A DNA stretch of 63,675 bases, filler included, from Octopus bimaculoides (taxonomy: Eukaryota): assembly GCF_001194135.2 (NCBI RefSeq). It is 5 parts of 5 records of this genome, joined end to end, with 100 filler letters (N's around TTAATTAATTAA, not from the genome) between each part and the next. Parts side by side here need not be neighbours in the genome. Positions count along the whole stretch, not along the records: positions 1 to 31,741 come from NC_068988.1; 4 more parts are not named here. One strand, 5' to 3'. Position numbers and translations under genes: made by a program. Shown piece after piece: positions 11,992-24,781 of the stretch. The stretch's first letter is position 1, and each line of letters starts with the position of its first letter. The notes under the pieces are model-generated. The model was not told the origin of the DNA. It was given only the letters and a program-made list of their open reading frames with translations, and did no database searches.

Positions 11992-13192
11992 GGGGAGACC
12001 GGGTCTAGCTGTTACATTTTTTCATTGTTTTGCCTTCGCACCCACATAAATGAACACAGCTGAAGTTTCTTTTCATATTTAATTAATAAAACATCTTTAT
12101 TTATTGTTATCACCAGCAAAAAAAAACAGAAATTACATAACATTAATTAGACAGGTTCTAATTAATGAGGCGGTGTCAGCAGTAACAATTTTCCCCGAGT
12201 GCGGGTACGTTGTGACACTTACTGGGGTACTTTATTACAACTGTCGATAACTCGGGATTATGTTAACAAACAAGTTTAAAATGAATACGTCTCCTGTTTC
12301 TTGCATCTAGGAAGTATTATTTTAATTACTTAACTGTGCTTTGAACCACCTCAAATCCTAACTGTAATACTGAGAGTCCTCATTAGCCAATTTCCCCATT
12401 GTTACATGTGCCATCTAGTCGGAATCGTCCTCCATTAACTTCTCACCACACAGATCACACAGAAAGTCCTGTCGTCCATCGGAACAGTCAGTGTGTGCCC
12501 AGTCTTTACAGATCATGCAGTGCACCTATTCTTCACCTGGAACGGAGCTGGAATACCAATCTGAGCAGACAAAGCATTTCCAATCGGCGACTTGCTTGCT
12601 GCGAGGCTGCTTCCCTTTGCCTTTACCTATTTTAGTTGACTTTTCTTTCCCTTTTGTTGCCTTTTCTGTGCTAGTTGCCTTCTTTGATTTGGATTTCCGT
12701 TCGTCTATTTCATCCACTATGCGCTGCTTTACGGTAACATCCCGTAATGATTTCTTTTCATCCACAACTTTTCTGGCGGCTCTTTCCATAACATCAGGAG
12801 GAGTATCCCTCCTTGTAGTCTTCCTTTCGTAATTTCTAGGCATGGCATGTTAAACACAGCACTAGCAATGCATGGCATCCAGGACACACCTTCATATAAC
12901 GAAGGCAATTTCCAACACTTCCTAATGAGCCACAAAGTACTTCAGTAACATCACTTGTGCTTTAGTAGTTAAGGAAATAACTTTGTGGCAAAATTTCACT
13001 TTTGGAGTAAAAAATCATTTTTTGAGCCATACCTTTCCTGGTGACAGCCCGCCAGTGAAATACACATGTGCAGTCATGATGCTATGGAGTTGGCCTTCAC
13101 AAGGTAGAGACCCGAGTACCACCTATTTCTTGAAGTTGGAAACAATGGGCTTGTAACAACTTACCCGTGTAACAACTAGAGCCGGTCTCCCC
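11992..13192 (-). mobile_element. Complete non-autonomous TIR DNA transposon (Tc1-mariner superfamily, pogo/DDE_1-like), 1201 bp
   Basis: 25-bp TIRs ggggagaccgggtctagctgttaca (11992-12016) and tgtaacaactagagccggtctcccc (13168-13192), 23/25 match. TA lies immediately outside both ends. Internal transposase-derived ORF. Confidence 0.9.
12415..12843 (-). pseudogene. Internally deleted transposase: psq-like HTH start + Lys-rich linker + PHD finger, with one nonsense codon
   Basis: MPRNYERKTTRRDTPPDVMERAARKVVDEKKSLRDVT|VKQRIVDEIDERKSKSKK...WKCFVCSDWYSSSVPGEE*VHCMICKDWAHTDCSDGRQDFLCDLCGEKLMEDDSD*. Has Cys4-His-Cys3 spacing, a TAG where W is expected, and no DDE domain. Confidence 0.8.
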
Positions 13193-15044
13193 TATTTTGT
13201 GTTGAGCTCTTGAGCATGTTTCATAATTTTATATATGATATTTTTTTAAAATAATTCGTAATTATTGTTAATAACTAGCAGTTGGCTCTCTTAGTGTAGA
13301 GGAAAAACCTTCAAGTCTGTCCAATGTAATCTTTTTATGCACGTGTGTTGGAATTGAACTCACTGATCTGCATTTGACACAACGTCCCCATGCACTTGTC
13401 CACGACTCTAGGGGTAGTGGCTGGAGGAATATTAAGTAATATACCAAAACTTTACCGAGTAGTTGTATCTTATTTTTTCTCTATATGCTTCGTAAAGAAA
13501 TCATTATGAGTTACATGTTGTAGCGAACTCAATAGAGTAGAGGCAAACTTTCAACGATCAGTATCCGAAAGTTGGTTTCGTTTCCCCGTGTAGCTATCTA
13601 CTTCACGTCTTAAATACTATAGAAGAAGCATTAATATCATGTCTTATATTTGTTCTCTAATAAATGCGATAGCTATATAGAAAAGTAGTGATAGTCAGAG
13701 ATAATAGGTTTACTAAACTTCAGAAACACAAGATTTAAAAGTTGTCAAAACATTACTTTTTACCGAGTGAATTGACAGTAGTGTGAGAGTATTAGCAGAA
13801 GAGTCAGTTGCTTGACTCCTTGCACCAACACTGATCACTGTACATACACTTAGTAGATGTTAAGTATGTGGTGAATACAGCTTATTGCTATATGTAGCGA
13901 GGCTTAGTGTGATTATTGAATATCTTGTTGGCTTCCACTGCTGAGTTTCAAGCTATCTTCGGGCCTTGTCTGTAAAAGACAACGCGTGTAAGCCCTAATG
14001 TATTTTCCCTTCAAATTCCTGTGGAGGATTTACTTATAGTACCATTAGTGAATTGAGGGGATACTTTTTCTGTTAAGACTTGTATTTAATCACTTGCCTT
14101 TAGTTGTCAGTACCAATTAAATTTCCTCACTGGGTGCTTAAACAGTCGAAGCTAAACACCACAGAGTATAATTTTTTCTATGTTCATCAAAAGCGTCTTC
14201 ATAATTATTTGCAGTTTTAATTAAGATTCTTGTGCTCTTGTTTATAGATTCAAATTCATTAGTTTGATTATAAAGAGTCGATTATCTCTGTCAAGACAAT
14301 AATCAGAAGACAACATCAACTAATAATGATGGAGTTTATATTTTGTCCATCATATATTAATAAGAAATTAATTCTTCTACGCAAAGTAATTGTCGCAAAA
14401 TTGTTCTAGTAAATTGGACGCCATTGATAATTTGATTAATTAATTTTTATTTGTGTTAATCATCAATATTCACATGAAAATGAAGTCCTTCTGGTCAAAA
14501 ATGAAATCGATATCAAAGCCTATGGCTATCATGAGGAAGAACTAATTACACGTTTAATTTTTTACCAACCAAATCATTTTTTAAATACAAACATATTTAC
14601 ATTGAAAATTTATAACCTACGATCATTTATAGTATAAAATGATGCGTTTCTTTCACCATTTGTAAATGTATACCATAATGTATACCTTAAACTGAGAGTC
14701 CTAATTAGTTTGATTAATAAAAGTGTTAACATGCCAACTGAAGGTACGCAGTCTGCACCATTTCAACTGCCAACATAAACTTATATGACATATAGTAGTC
14801 CGTTGTAGGTAGCGGGAATATTCTTTAATTGATAGGTGCTACTTTAGCTTATTGTTCCGGTTTCAAATTTTATAATAAATGTAACTGATAACACTGAGCT
14901 TCACCAGGCAAACTTCCTCCATACACCCTAGGGCAGAGTTTTCCGTCTCTGTCTCTCCCTCTCGCAGCCAATAAATTGTGGCCTGTATTTTATTTTACAT
15001 TATAGATAGTTCCACATCATTATTATAATGACAATCCATGTACC

Positions 15045-15222
15045 AACCGCATGGAAGAAGGAGTCAGTCGATTACATTGGCCCCAGTACTCAACTGGTAT
15101 TTATTTTATCGACCCGCAAAGTTGAACCCGGCAGCATTTAAACTCAGCACGTCGAGACAGGACGAAATGCCGCTAAGCATTTTGCCCGACGTGCTTAGCA
15201 AGTCTGTCAGCTCACCGCCTTA
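15045..15222 (-). mobile_element. SINE family A, degenerate
   Basis: Reverse complement of taaggcggtgagctgacagac...cttagcggcatttcgtcc...gtcgataaaataaataccagttgagtactgggg. Confidence 0.75.
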
Positions 15223-16366
15223 GCAAATAAATATTGATAGACACTTTACTCTAGACTTTCATCTTAAAAACGATATAGAGTATTTCCTTTGAGTAATAAA
15301 AATAACCAAAACAAAGTAACACTTGTAGTACACTGTAAAGAGGAAAGGATAGTAATACATTGTAGTACATTGTAGAGGCAAAATGTTTATTATTGAGGAA
15401 ACATTCATTCTACTACAGATGGTGTTTTTACATCTACATTTTCAATATTTCTTGCATAGTAAATCATGATTTATAGCTAGTAGAAGGTAAAGAATAAGCA
15501 ACCGAGAAACCGTCACCATATTCTTTGTGGCAAGGTGATTACCACTCAAAAGTCAAGTCCACCCAGTGCCGCAACGCATGAACAACTAAATGCAGTAAGT
15601 AGTAACACCGCTGAAATCTTTCGCTAATGCTTGGTGCACTGAATGCAAATACCAAGATACCAAAATGTTAATTTGCCCTCCTGACACATTGCTTGAGAAC
15701 AAAGTCTTCAGAAGATTATAAAACTCGCCAACAACGCTGCTAACATTTGTTTACAGAATTCAAACCATCCTCACTAAGGTTACTGTAGCATGCTTCCATA
15801 CGTTCGTTGCTGAATAATTAAATAGTCATTTTATTTCTATACGGTAACAATTGTTTTTGAAACTGGAACTAGACGTGAAAGTTATATCTCTGTAGTGTCA
15901 TACAGATCGTTTTAACTTGGTTTTAATTTGAACCAGCAAAGTCAACACACGTGAACCTCAAATGCTATCTATTATTGCTGGTTGGAAGCTGTAAATAACA
16001 CAGCCATTGACAACATTTTATTCTATCGCTCTTCTCAACTAACGACGTCCTTGAGGTTCTTTTAATTTACTTTGGTTTGTTTAACTCGTTTGTTTGTTTT
16101 CCGCGAACTTTTACCTAATGATGATTGCATTTTCAACAGAACTCTAATTTCGGTTTCCTGCCTCTATCACTGTTAGGTTTCCGTAATGATTGCTCGCAGG
16201 AAGAGGCAGGCCTGTTTGCCGTCAGTGAGGGGAGGAGCATAACCACACCAAGATGCCTGCTGAGGTTGTAATGTGTAAACAGTGTCTTGTTCTTTCGCTC
16301 AGTCTTTCTCGTCCATTTCATTCTCTCAATCTCCTTGTACCTCTCTCTTTATCATTCAATTTCTCC

Positions 16367-16547
16367 AAGACGGCAAACTGGCAGAATTCTTAGTGCGTCG
16401 GACTAAATGCTTAGCGGAATTTCTTCCGACCCTTTACATATTTGTTCAAGTCCCGCTGAGGTCAACTTTGCCATTCATCTTTCCAGTACTAGGGTTGATA
16501 TATCAATTTGCACCCAACTCAAAATTGCTGGGCCAAAATTAGAATAA
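16367..16547 (+). mobile_element. SINE family A, degenerate (tail type 2)
   Basis: aagacggcaaactggcagaattcttag...gaggtcaactttgccattcatc...aaaattgctgggccaaaatt. Confidence 0.7.
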
Positions 16548-16587
16548 TTTCATTTTTGATTCTCTTCTTCTCTATTTTCTTTATTAC

Positions 16588-16589
<2 letters not shown>

Positions 16590-16671
<82 letters not shown>
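16590..16671. repeat. (CT)n microsatellite
   Basis: Perfect dinucleotide run. Confidence 0.97.
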
Positions 16672-16673
<2 letters not shown>

Positions 16674-18109
16674 TCTCGTTCTTCATCTCAATTCACTTTA
16701 CCTTCTGTTCACTTCAAATATTGTTCTCTGATTACACTTTTGCCCTTCTTTCCAGTCTCATTTCCCCCCACTTCTCTTTCCTTCTTATCCTCTCTTCCTC
16801 AACCTTTCACTTTCTCCTTTACCACTTCTCTCATATTCTCCCCTTGCCTATATTGTTTTCTTTTTACTCGCTATTTCCTTCTTTAGTCACTCTATCATAT
16901 CTTACAATCTCGCGCCAAGTTCCCTTCCTCTTCCTCCCTAACTCTCTTTCTTTCTTTTTTTCTTTTTCCCCTCTACATTCTCTTTATCTTATTTCTGCTC
17001 TCTTAATACTTGCCGTACCCATTGGAACAGGCTTGCTCTGCCTTACTCACATAATACGAAAAGAAAAAAAAAACTACGCCCATACGTCCGTGTGTTAAAG
17101 CCCACACGTACTTAAGGCATACACACGCGTGTCTACACAGAGGCACACACGCATACCTATCGAATATAAATCAAACCGAGCCGATGATGTAACATTTTGA
17201 ATATATGTGACACTGATTGCCAGGGTCATTGCTTCTAGTAATAATCGATATCACCACCATATGGCATTGTGTACTAACTGAAACTCCACTATATGTTTTA
17301 TTACTTAAGACACCACAGTGGCGAGCTATGCTGTGATGACACCACAGAAAACATCATCTTCGTGTAATTTTTCTCTGGCAAGCCGGCGTCTTTGTATCAA
17401 TACCATATTTGTTGTGGTTATGAGTCATCGTTTATATTTTGTTTATCCTCCAAGGCAGCAGTGTTGGTTTTCATTTTCTCTAATACATTATCTGGTTTCG
17501 GCCCCAGTAGGGGTGTCACATATGAACGCCAATGAGCGAACATCAAAGGGATCACTCAACTCGCTAGAAATCGCAGTTAAATGTTCTCAGATACGCCCTA
17601 CCGTCCTCAGTAAGAAGGCATAAGTTTTACATGCTCCAAAACAGACGGGATAGCACTATTAAATGTCTTTGATTGTAGGTCGACTCGATCAGGATTTCAT
17701 TTGAGGATAAACAACAGCAGCTACATTCTTTTACATTCTTCCCATAGAGAGGGATGCTTTACTTAATATTAGGTTCTCTCTTTAGAGATTACTAATTGCT
17801 TTTATGGTATTATTGGTTAGCCTCATGTCAGTTCTGATCCAACAGATATAGGACCAAAGACATTCCAACTGTGACCATTCTGTTTTTTCTTTTCGGGGTT
17901 CAGAATTGAGCCTTTTTTCTTTTGAGATGTACTGTTTTTTTCTTCTTTTTAATGTGCAGTATATCCTTCCTTTTTTAAGATGATAGAAAGTGATTTGTGG
18001 GAGATTTGGTCAGTACTTCTAACAAATCTAGCGACAACGTACTTCGTTACTGTTGGCTTCCATATTCCCTATTTCTATCGGAATTAACAGTTTCTATGAT
18101 TCAAATACA

Positions 18110-18720
18110 AATAAGGTGCTTCGCAGACATCAGGATGGTGCATTGCCATGCCAACCATGCACAAACAAGGCTACAAGAGCGCTGATCAGAGTGGCGTTAT
18201 CGTTATGTTCTCTGGGAAGACAAGTTTGTCCTTCAGGTCCACTTAGTCTGAGGCTGAAGCTGAACGCAAAATAGAAAATGGATCCCCTGCCATTGCTTTA
18301 GATCAGAAATGTACAAAAACAATCATCATGATCGAATTCACAATATCCTGGGAGGACAGACTCGATATTTCCCACCAAGTAAAGAAAATCAAATAGCAGG
18401 ACTTGGTCGGCGAGGCCCTTGTCAAGGGATAGCACGCGGCCCCATTCCCTAGTGCGCTATTTCCTGCGAAAGATAAGTCTGGAACCCAGACAACGAAAGA
18501 AAGCCATCAAGGAGACAGGTACGGCAGCTGAAGCCATCTCAAGGTTGATAAGAGACTGCAAGTGGAACCCTTCTTCAGGCGAAGACTAATACAGTCCTCG
18601 CTGCCTCAAGCGAAGCGCACAGGCTAAGGAGCAAATGCTTGTAACCCTGAGATTCCTGCTGACGATACGGAAGGGTTTTCCAGCATTGCGATGGATTTAG
18701 AAGAGCTTGCAAAATATCTG
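18110..18720 (+). mobile_element. HERO-like (R2 superfamily, restriction-like endonuclease) non-LTR 3' fragment
   Basis: SLGRQV ... TKTIIMIEFTISWEDRLDISHQVKKIK*QDLVGEALVKG* ... QRKKAIKETGTAAEAISR resembles the IELTVPWE..AHERK..KY.DL..GW and terminal motifs of HERO-type elements. Many stops and frameshifts. Confidence 0.65.
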
Positions 18721-18774
18721 AGTAACGCCTACAGTTTCTGCATGAGGCAAAGCATTCCTGATATTTATTTCACT

Positions 18775-19050
18775 TGGAGATATGTCTTACACTTTTTGAT
18801 AAATACAAGTGAAGTAAGAAAACACCACAGAAACTTTGTGATGTGACCGTGTGGCTTGATTACAGAAAGGCATTTGACTCTATTTCCTACCCATGACTGT
18901 CGTAGTCATTGACGAAAGTGCCTGCTGTCCAAATTGCTACTCTTGCAATGCTCACGAAGACCTGGTCAACAATCACTCTTGTAGCTGAAAGTAGAATAAT
19001 CCCTTCCGAACAAATAAATATTTCAAAGTGAAGGTTGCAATGATACATTC
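18775..19050 (+). mobile_element. R4/Dong-like reverse transcriptase fragment
   Basis: EVRKHHRNF..VWLDYRKAFDSI..KTWST corresponds to the RT WIDY(K/R)KAFDS motif region of RLE non-LTR elements. Confidence 0.65.
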
Positions 19051-19060
19051 ACTCTCACGG

Positions 19061-19095
<35 letters not shown>

Positions 19096-19176
19096 NNNNN
19101 NNNNNNNNNNNNNNNNNNNNNNNNNNNNNNNNNNNNNNNNNNNNNNNNNNNNNNNNNNNNNNNNNNNNNNNNNNNN

Positions 19177-19224
<48 letters not shown>

Positions 19225-19230
<6 letters not shown>

Positions 19231-19385
19231 GGGGCAGCTGATGAAGGAAATATTCTCTATGTGGCCTGTTTGTTTTCTGTGCTCTGTTTATGTTCTGCTT
19301 TTCCTTTTGTCCACGTTTTTTTGTGACGTCCTGTACCCAGATATGCATCTATATACATGTAGATGTAGGTATGTATATACACACA
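19225..19385 (+). repeat. Interspersed repeat, copy 2 (homologous to 8524-8705)
   Basis: agaataggggcagctgatgaaggaaa...gtgacgtcctgtaccc...atacatgtagatgtaggtatgta. Confidence 0.65.
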
Positions 19386-19396
19386 TAAACCTAACC

Positions 19397-20490
19397 ATGT
19401 ACTCCTACTACGTGTATGAGCTCAACATAGTAGCCAGAGCATCCCTACAAGACAATGTTGATGATCTAGAAGCTAACACTATGGAGAGTATCCAGCAAAT
19501 ACCTAACTCCATCCACCAGAGTATAGAAATAACGATAGACTACCCTAGTAAGCACCCTAACTATAGATTACCCGTTTAAGACATTGAACTCTAGCCAGAA
19601 ACGAAGAACGGTAAGGCCCAGATCCTTCACTCTCATTATGCCAAACCCATGGCCACTAAGTACCTTGTTCACAAGAACGCAGCGATTGCAGACAACGCCA
19701 AGTTCAACATTCTGATAGCTGACTTGGTGAGAATGATTAGGAATGTGTCTCGCATGTGTGACCCAATGGAATTGGAAATACACATACAACACTTCATCCA
19801 CTTCATGCAGTTCTCTGGCTCTGACCAAAGGGACAGGATTATAGTGTACAATGGAGCCAGGACTAAGTACAAAACCATCAAAGAGAGTGATGCTAAATCC
19901 TGGAACAGCACGGAAAGGACCAGTAATAAGATAAATAAGGCCAACACTTGGTATGACAACAAAAAATACCAGAGTGTCATGCTCGTTGATGCTACCCTTG
20001 GCGGCGAACTGCGATACCTTTTGAGAAAAACATCAAGTAAGGCTAATCTACGAATTAAAGTAATTGAGAGGCCTGGTACCCCTTTAAAATCCTTGATCTG
20101 CAATACATAACCTTTTGATAAGTTCCCCCTGTACGGAGTACAGTTGTGTTGTATGTAGGATGAACCCACAGGTTAACTGTAAGATTAGGAATGTAGTGTA
20201 TAGCTTACGGTGTACTGAGGGACAGAGCAGAAACATGACAACTACCTATAAAGGAGAGACTGCACGCAGCATAGGAGAGCGTACAGTTGAACATTGGCGA
20301 CAGCTCAAAGAAGGGAAAAGCTCGTCAGTGCTCTACTAACCTGCAGAACATGGAGGCTTGATTCATAGTATAGAGGTTAAAGTACTATCGACACATAGAA
20401 TTGACACACTTAGATTACAGAAGCTACACACATAACGGTAGACTGACCGAGCCTCAATAGAAAACATGAATGAAACAGTAACACCCACCA
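19397..20490 (+). mobile_element. Penelope-like retroelement remnant: RT C-terminal half + GIY-YIG endonuclease
   Basis: YVYELNIV (decayed YVDD), NSIHQSIEITIDYPS..LPV*DIEL, HYAKPMATKYLVH, TWYDNKKYQSVML, IKVIERPG, PCTEYSCVVC..NCKIRNVVYSLRC..TYKGETARSIGERTVEH, LNRKHE*N. RT followed by GIY-YIG, with several stops and frameshifts. Confidence 0.85.
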
Positions 20491-20750
20491 CTACACCATA
20501 CAATATGATTAAAGACAGTAGGGATGTGAAGTGAAAGGGGGGAAAAAGAAAAAGGAAAGAAAAAGAACCCTTAAATAATACACAGAAACATAGAGGGAAA
20601 TACACACACAATAGACATATATGCACTTACCTGTGATACTTATGAGATATAGAGATCGAGGTATATAAAAAATAAATAAATAAATAAATATATAGATAGA
20701 TAGATAAATAAATATANNNNNNNNNNNNNNNNNNNNNNNNNNNNNNNNNN

Positions 20751-20781
<31 letters not shown>

Positions 20782-21170
20782 CTGCTACATACCTGTGATA
20801 AATGTAGGACAGAGATAGATAAAATTAATAAATGAAACTATATAAAGGGCATGGATACATACAACATACGAAGTGAACCCATACACAAACACAAACACAC
20901 ACATGAAACTTCAAGGACGGCCATAACGACGCCAACAACACAACTAACACGTTCAGCAGCAGTGGCGGTGCCAGCGATGGCAATGACAACAACAACAACA
21001 ACAACTACGATGGCAACACTGTGGGCGAATACACATACACAGGGGAATACAGGAACTGTACCATTTTTTTCTCGGGTCTTAGGACAGCAGCAGCAAAATG
21101 GAGTTAGGGGATGGGGCTGAAGGGAAGTCCACACTTCTGCTAAAAACTATGACACGCACACAAGCACACA

Positions 21171-21205
<35 letters not shown>

Positions 21206-21243
21206 GCGCATGCACACACACACACACACATACATACATACAT

Positions 21244-21274
<31 letters not shown>

Positions 21275-22411
21275 CGCGCACGCGCGCACACTCGCAAGCT
21301 AACAAACAATCAGGCAAGGGCGCAAACGCATGTGCATATAAGGATACATATCTTGGAAGAACAGAACGGAGGAAGTGGAGCAAGAAAACACACGGGAAAG
21401 AAAAGTGTCGCTGAAGAGGTCACAGATGTGTGACAAAAGATTTCCGGACAATGGACATAAAATAAATAAGAAAAGTAATAAACGAGTGAAGAAAAAACTT
21501 ATATAGTGCGTGTGTTTATTTGGCAAAAGATAATANNNNNNNNNNNNNNNNNNNNNNNNNNNNNNNNNNNNNNNNNNNNNNNNNNNNNNNNNNNNNNNNN
21601 NNNNNNNNNNNNNNNNNNNNNNNNNNNNNNNNNNNNNNNNNNNNNNNNNNNNNNNNNNNNNNNNNNNNNNNNNNNNNNNNNNNNNNNNNNNNNNNNNNNN
21701 NNNNNNNNNNNNNNNNNNNNNNNNNNNNNNNNNNNNNNNNNNNNNNNNNNNNNNNNNNNNNNNNNNNNNNNNNNNNNNNNNNNNNNNNNNNNNNNNNNNN
21801 NNNNNNNNNNNNNNNNNNNNNNNNNNNNNNNNNNNNNNNNNNNNNNNNNNNNNNNNNNNNNNNNNNNNNNNNNNNNNNNNNNNNNNNNNNNNNNNNNNNN
21901 NNNNNNNNNNNNNNNNNNNNNNNNNNNNNNNNNNNNNNNNNNNNNNNNNNNNNNNNNNNNNNNNNNNNNNNNNNNNNNNNNNNNNNNNNNNNNNNNNNNN
22001 NNNNNNNNNNNNNNNNNNNNNNNNNNNNNNNNNNNNNNNNNNNNNNNNNNNNNNNNNNNNNNNNNNNNNNNNNNNNNNNNNNNNNNNNNNNNNNNNNNNN
22101 NNNNNNNNNNNNNNNNNNNNNNNNNNNNNNNNNNNNNNNNNNNNNNNNNNNNNNNNNNNNNNNNNNNNNNNNNNNNNNNNNNNNNNNNNNNNNNNNNNNN
22201 NNNNNNNNNNNNNNNNNNNNNNNNNNNNNNNNNNNNNNNNNNNNNNNNNNNNNNNNNNNNNNNNNNNNNNNNNNNNNNNNNNNNNNNNNNNNNNNNNNNN
22301 NNNNNNNNNNNNNNNNNNNNNNNNNNNNNNNNNNNNNNNNNNNNNNNNNNNNNNNNNNNNNNNNNNNNNNNNNNNNNNNNNNNNNNNNNNNNNNNNNNNN
22401 NNNNNNNNNNN

Positions 22412-22456
<45 letters not shown>

Positions 22457-22885
22457 ATACATACATATATATATATTCTTACATATATAGGTATATATAC
22501 AAACATATATATAGAAACATATATACATACATACTTAAGTAGGTAGGCAGGCAGGCAATCAGGTAGGTAAATAGGTAGGTAGGGAAGGAGGGAGGTAGGG
22601 AGGGAGGTAGGAAGGTAGGTGGAGAGAAAGAGAAGGGGAGAGGTAGACAGACAAACAACCAGACAGAGACAGATACGTGTATGCATAGATATCGCTAGAT
22701 ATATAAGTGCGGATGTACATGTATAATATACGCACACACACATACATATACACACACACACACACTCACGCACACATATCGATATACAAATGTGTTATAA
22801 ATGAACAAATGTGTATGTATATATATATATATATATATGAGTATATATATGTGTGTGTGTTTGTGTGCTTTTGTGAGTGTGTGTG

Positions 22886-22920
<35 letters not shown>

Positions 22921-23408
22921 NNNNNNNNNNNNNNNNNNNNNNNNNNNNNNNNNNNNNNNNNNNNNNNNNNNNNNNNNNNNNNNNNNNNNNNNNNNNNNNN
23001 NNNNNNNNNNNNNNNNNNNNNNNNNNNNNNNNNNNNNNNNNNNNNNNNNNNNNNNNNNNNNNNNNNNNNNNNNNNNNNNNNNNNNNNNNNNNNNNNNNNN
23101 NNNNNNNNNNNNNNNNNNNNNNNNNNNNNNNNNNNNNNNNNNNNNNNNNNNNNNNNNNNNNNNNNNNNNNNNNNNNNNNNNNNNNNNNNNNNNNNNNNNN
23201 NNNNNNNNNNNNNNNNNNNNNNNNNNNNNNNNNNNNNNNNNNNNNNNNNNNNNNNNNNNNNNNNNNNNNNNNNNNNNNNNNNNNNNNNNNNNNNNNNNNN
23301 NNNNNNNNNNNNNNNNNNNNNNNNNNNNNNNNNNNNNNNNNNNNNNNNNNNNNNNNNNNNNNNNNNNNNNNNNNNNNNNNNNNNNNNNNNNNNNNNNNNN
23401 NNNNNNNN

Positions 23409-23445
<37 letters not shown>

Positions 23446-24287
23446 CGTACATATATATATATATACATGCACACATACATATATATATATACATATACAT
23501 TCATATACTCAAACATGCATACATACATATATACATACATTCATACATACATACATGCATACACATGCACCCGACTATAAGTTACTCACATTAAGCAGCT
23601 ACATATTTTGCCTCCTAGACATACAAGTTCACCTACATTGTACCAACGACATATTTATCGACATAAGGTTCATATCAGATTCGATGTTTTAAACACACCA
23701 CGCAAAACAAAAATACGTAATAAATAACAACAACAAAAAAATTATAATAGCGACAGCAGCAACAATCGTATCATGCATTGAATGATAAGGTTTTAACAAA
23801 AGCTTATTTCAGAGAGTCCTCCTGAATACTGGCTGACACTCGATTCTGACCAGCACCACCATCCTTTAATAACGTCAAAATCGCACAGATGGTCGGACAC
23901 AGTTAGTTCGTTCTATTGTAGTCATCCAACTGAAGGAAATGGTTATATGTATTTATAGTTTCCATAGCTTTATTATTTTTGTTTTCTTTTTTTCTTAATC
24001 CAAATTGCCGCAACTGTTTTTCTTTTTTTTTTTATTCTTTGTTTATTATTTTTTTCTTTATCTCACTTTCATTGATATTTTATCACTTTTGATCTATTTC
24101 TTGTTGTTGTTGTTAATGATGATGTTTTGTTTGTTTTGTTTTTTGCTTGTTTTTTGTTGTGCTTTTATTTTTCGATATTTTGGCTAATTATATTTTTGTT
24201 TTTATTCTAGCAATCTTGCAGCAGTTGTTTTATTTTCTGGAGTCTTTTGTTTTGTTTTATTTATTCCTGCTTTTCATAGACAAGATT

Positions 24288-24505
24288 GATGGATTGGCAG
24301 AATCGTTAGAGCGTCGGACAAAATGCCTCACGACATTCATCCTAATTTCTTAAGTTTTAAGTTCACATCCTGCCGGAATCAAATTTTGCCTGTCATCACT
24401 TCGGTGTCGAGAAGATAAAGTACCAGTCTAGTATAGGGGTCGATTTAAACGACTAACCTCCCCGCTCAAAATTGTTCACCTTGTTTAAAAATTGGAAACA
24501 ATTAC
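24288..24505 (+). mobile_element. SINE family A, degenerate (tail type 2)
   Basis: ttggcagaatcgttagagcgtcggacaaaatg...aagtaccagtc..ggggtcgattt...aaaaattggaaacaatta. Confidence 0.7.
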
Positions 24506-24511
24506 ACACAT

Positions 24512-24746
24512 ATTTTTCTTTTATCTTTTAATTGTTTCAGTCACTAGGTGGCGGCAGTGCTGGGGCACCGCCTTGAATTCTTGTCGAATGAGTCGATCCC
24601 GGTACTTATTTTTTAAAGCTTATTCGACTCTGTTGCCGAATAGCTACGTTACGAGGACGTAAACAAACCATCACCGGTTGTCAAGCGGCGGTGGAAGACA
24701 AACACAGACACAGACGCGCGCGCGCATATATATGTGTGTGTGTGTG

Positions 24747-24781
<35 letters not shown>

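Noticed and set aside
17300-17700. Minus-strand CYPVCFGACKTYAFLLRTVGRI*EH, loosely like a GIY-YIG segment
   Set aside because: The GIY/YIG residues are not preserved and no RT motifs lie nearby on that strand. Too weak to call.
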